Assembly (NCBI GenBank): GCA_965637545.1
Contig: OZ281495.1
Location: 13,950,001 to 14,014,000, forward strand
Length of the DNA: 64,000 nt
Source: Phallusia mammillata
Lineage: Eukaryota
Reading direction: 5' to 3'
Shown here: piece after piece, positions 61,885 to 64,000 of the stretch
Layout of the letters: the number at the start of each line of letters is the position of its first letter
How positions within the stretch are numbered: the first letter of the stretch is position 1
The notes under the pieces: model-generated
Seen by the model: only the letters and a program-made list of their open reading frames with translations
The model's database searches: none
Told to the model about the DNA's origin: nothing
Position numbers and translations under genes: made by a program

Positions 61885-63075
61885 ATGGAACACATAGACC
61901 TCACTATGGAACACATAGAGCAGAAGGCACTTACAACCTTCCACACGTCGCCGCGGCTATGGCTTCGATACGTTGATGACACGTACGACAGTAAAATTAC
62001 CGACAGTAACGTGGTCCACACATTTCACACACACCTGAACACCATATCACCTACAATAGCTTTCACCGTGGAAACCGAACAACACGATACCATTGCGTTT
62101 TTGGATGTGGCTGTCACTAGGCAGCCAGACCAAAAGCTCACCACAAACATTTACAAGAAGCCCACCAACACTGATCGCTACCTACACTACACGTCTTACC
62201 ATCCACGGCACCAAAAACTTACAGTCGCCAAAACGCTTTACGCCAGAGCCACAACTCACATCAAGGATATGGCTATTCACAAACACGAATGCAAAAATAT
62301 TGCACGCGTGTTAAAGAATAACGGTTTCCCGCGCAACTTACACCACATGACCCATATCACAACCACCTCACAAAACAGACAGTTTAAATCATTCACTTGC
62401 TTACCTTAGGTCCAGGGTGTATCGGAGCGCCTAAAACGAATATTGAACGATGCTGGGGTAAAAGTGGCAATGAAACCCTTTAAACCGATTGGACAGTTGT
62501 TAACAAAACCAAAAGATGCCACTATACCACAACATCGTACAGGAGTTGTTCACCAGGTCCCTTGCCGTGATTGTGATATGCCGGGTATACATTGGTCAAA
62601 CTAAGCGGAATCTAAATTCACGTCTCAAGGAACACAAAGTGGCAGTCAAAAACATGGATGTTAACAAGTCCGCCTTATGCGAACACGTTTTTGTATGTGA
62701 TCACTGCATCAATTGGAAGTTTTAAAACAGGAACCTAATTGGTCGAAAAGATTGGTCTTTGAAAGTTGCCACATAAATTCTAATCCAAATGTTTTAAACC
62801 GTAACGACGGCAAAAACCTCAGCGCAGTTTTCCGCGACATTTTGCGTCCGACTTCCTCTTCAAATATCGGACATTAGTTACGCACTGTCACAATATAGCA
62901 CACTCAACCCATCACGGAAAGCCTTTGTTCTCTTATAATTACTTTACGCTATATCCCGCTGCGCTTGTGCATTTTCGCTTGTGGTGCTCGCATTATTTCG
63001 TTTATTGCTCTGATGAAGCCCTACCGTTCTGGGCGAAACGTTAGCGAAATACAAGTTATTAAAAACAACAATTAG
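61885..63075 (+). mobile_element. Penelope-like fragment, array unit 2
   Basis: Near-identical to unit 1. Confidence 0.88.
63003..63051 (+). ncRNA. Minimal hammerhead ribozyme, unit 2
   Basis: CTGATGA at 63010; same sequence as unit 1. Confidence 0.8.
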
Positions 63076-64000
63076 TATTTTGTTTAGCATTACACCAGTT
63101 GAACGACAAATTTGTTAAAAAAACGCGTGGTGGTAAACTTTTGTTGGAGACCGCTGTGAAAGCCCTTTAAATGTTTTTTTTCGTTTGGCCAAATTGGATG
63201 CAAACGATAAACCTGGTAATCGTAGGTAAAAATGTTTAGAAAAAGGGACAAAACAAAGTATACGGGTTTAGACGCCGAAGACGATTGTGCACAAGAAAAT
63301 ACAACTCACCAGTACCAGAGAAATTTACAAAAACAAACAAACAAACATTTGTCTAACTGTCGATTTTGCCTTTTTTTTAAGAGTTTCTACCTTTATTCTT
63401 TTATGCGTTATTATTGTAAAGGAGATCCATACAACTTGCAGGACGTTTTTAGCACAGCATGTAGATTGTAGAGAATTACAACAAAACCAGTCATTTGTTT
63501 TGGATGTTCTGTTTCTGTGTAGGGAGGGAGTTGAACCCAAAGTCTCTCTATCAAACACAAGTTGTCGCACGAGAATTCATGGAGCGTGAAATGGGGCGAC
63601 ATTACGTAATCATATCGACAAGGATGATACCGAAACCAGTTTATGATGTCACATACTTCTGTGACGTCATAATTTATTCAAATCCCGTTATTTTATGTCA
63701 AATTTGTTTCGTTTGAAACCACTTCGAGATTGCCTTTTCAATATTCGTCACCTTCTTTTTGTGCGTTTCTAATAAAAGCGAAACGAACCGTCCCAGTCGG
63801 CATAGATTTTAATATTTTCAAATATGCAATTTTACGACAAATGCAAAGTAAGTACACTTGTTCTAGGACATATGTATTAAGCTAACAAGCTTCGATAGTC
63901 GGCCTATGGAACACATAGACCTCACTATGGAACACATAGAGCAGAAGGCACTTACAACCTTCCACACGTCGCCGCGGCTATGGCTTCGATACGTTGATGA

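Larger units (their letters stand above)
59559..64000 (+). repeat. Tandem array of a 2,021-bp unit containing a Penelope-like fragment (at least 2.2 units, continues beyond the window)
   Basis: Unit starts (attacgtaatcatatcg) at 59559, 61580 and 63601. Units 1 and 2 differ at only about 4 positions seen by eye. Confidence 0.93.

Noticed and set aside
59559-64000. CRISPR-like or prokaryotic system
   Set aside because: No short repeat-spacer arrays or cas genes anywhere in the window. The DNA is spliceosomal-intron-containing and eukaryotic.

Overview
Eukaryotic, AT-rich, intron-containing DNA. Gene content and intron style suggest a marine invertebrate, plausibly an ascidian/tunicate (inference only). 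A single-copy MS4A/CD20-like gene (3163-6504) is followed by a large tandem segmental duplication: copy A is 7752-31075 and copy B is 39301-61579. Each copy carries four co-oriented + strand genes: a squid-type DFPase-like beta-propeller, GDPD1 (lysophospholipase D), a roughly 1,500-aa DUF294/GlnE-like nucleotidyltransferase fused to TPR-like helical repeats and encoded mostly by one ~4-kb exon, and ACP6 (LPA phosphatase). A decayed BEL/Pao LTR retrotransposon (32903-39300) lies at the junction; its inferred 3' end abuts the first base of copy B and it has no TSD. The copies have decayed differently. The NTase-TPR gene is broken in both: by an Ingi/Vingi-like LINE 5' fragment carrying an HDV-like ribozyme in A, and by two nonsense codons in B. 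ACP6 is frameshifted in A, and DFPase is intact in both. Each copy has its own MITE insertions. Penelope-like RT/GIY-YIG fragments with minimal hammerhead ribozymes are present, and one is amplified as a 2,021-bp tandem array running off the right end of the window. All protein identifications come from motif recognition and remembered family sequences; no database searches were run. A haplotype-in-tandem assembly artefact cannot be excluded from the sequence alone.
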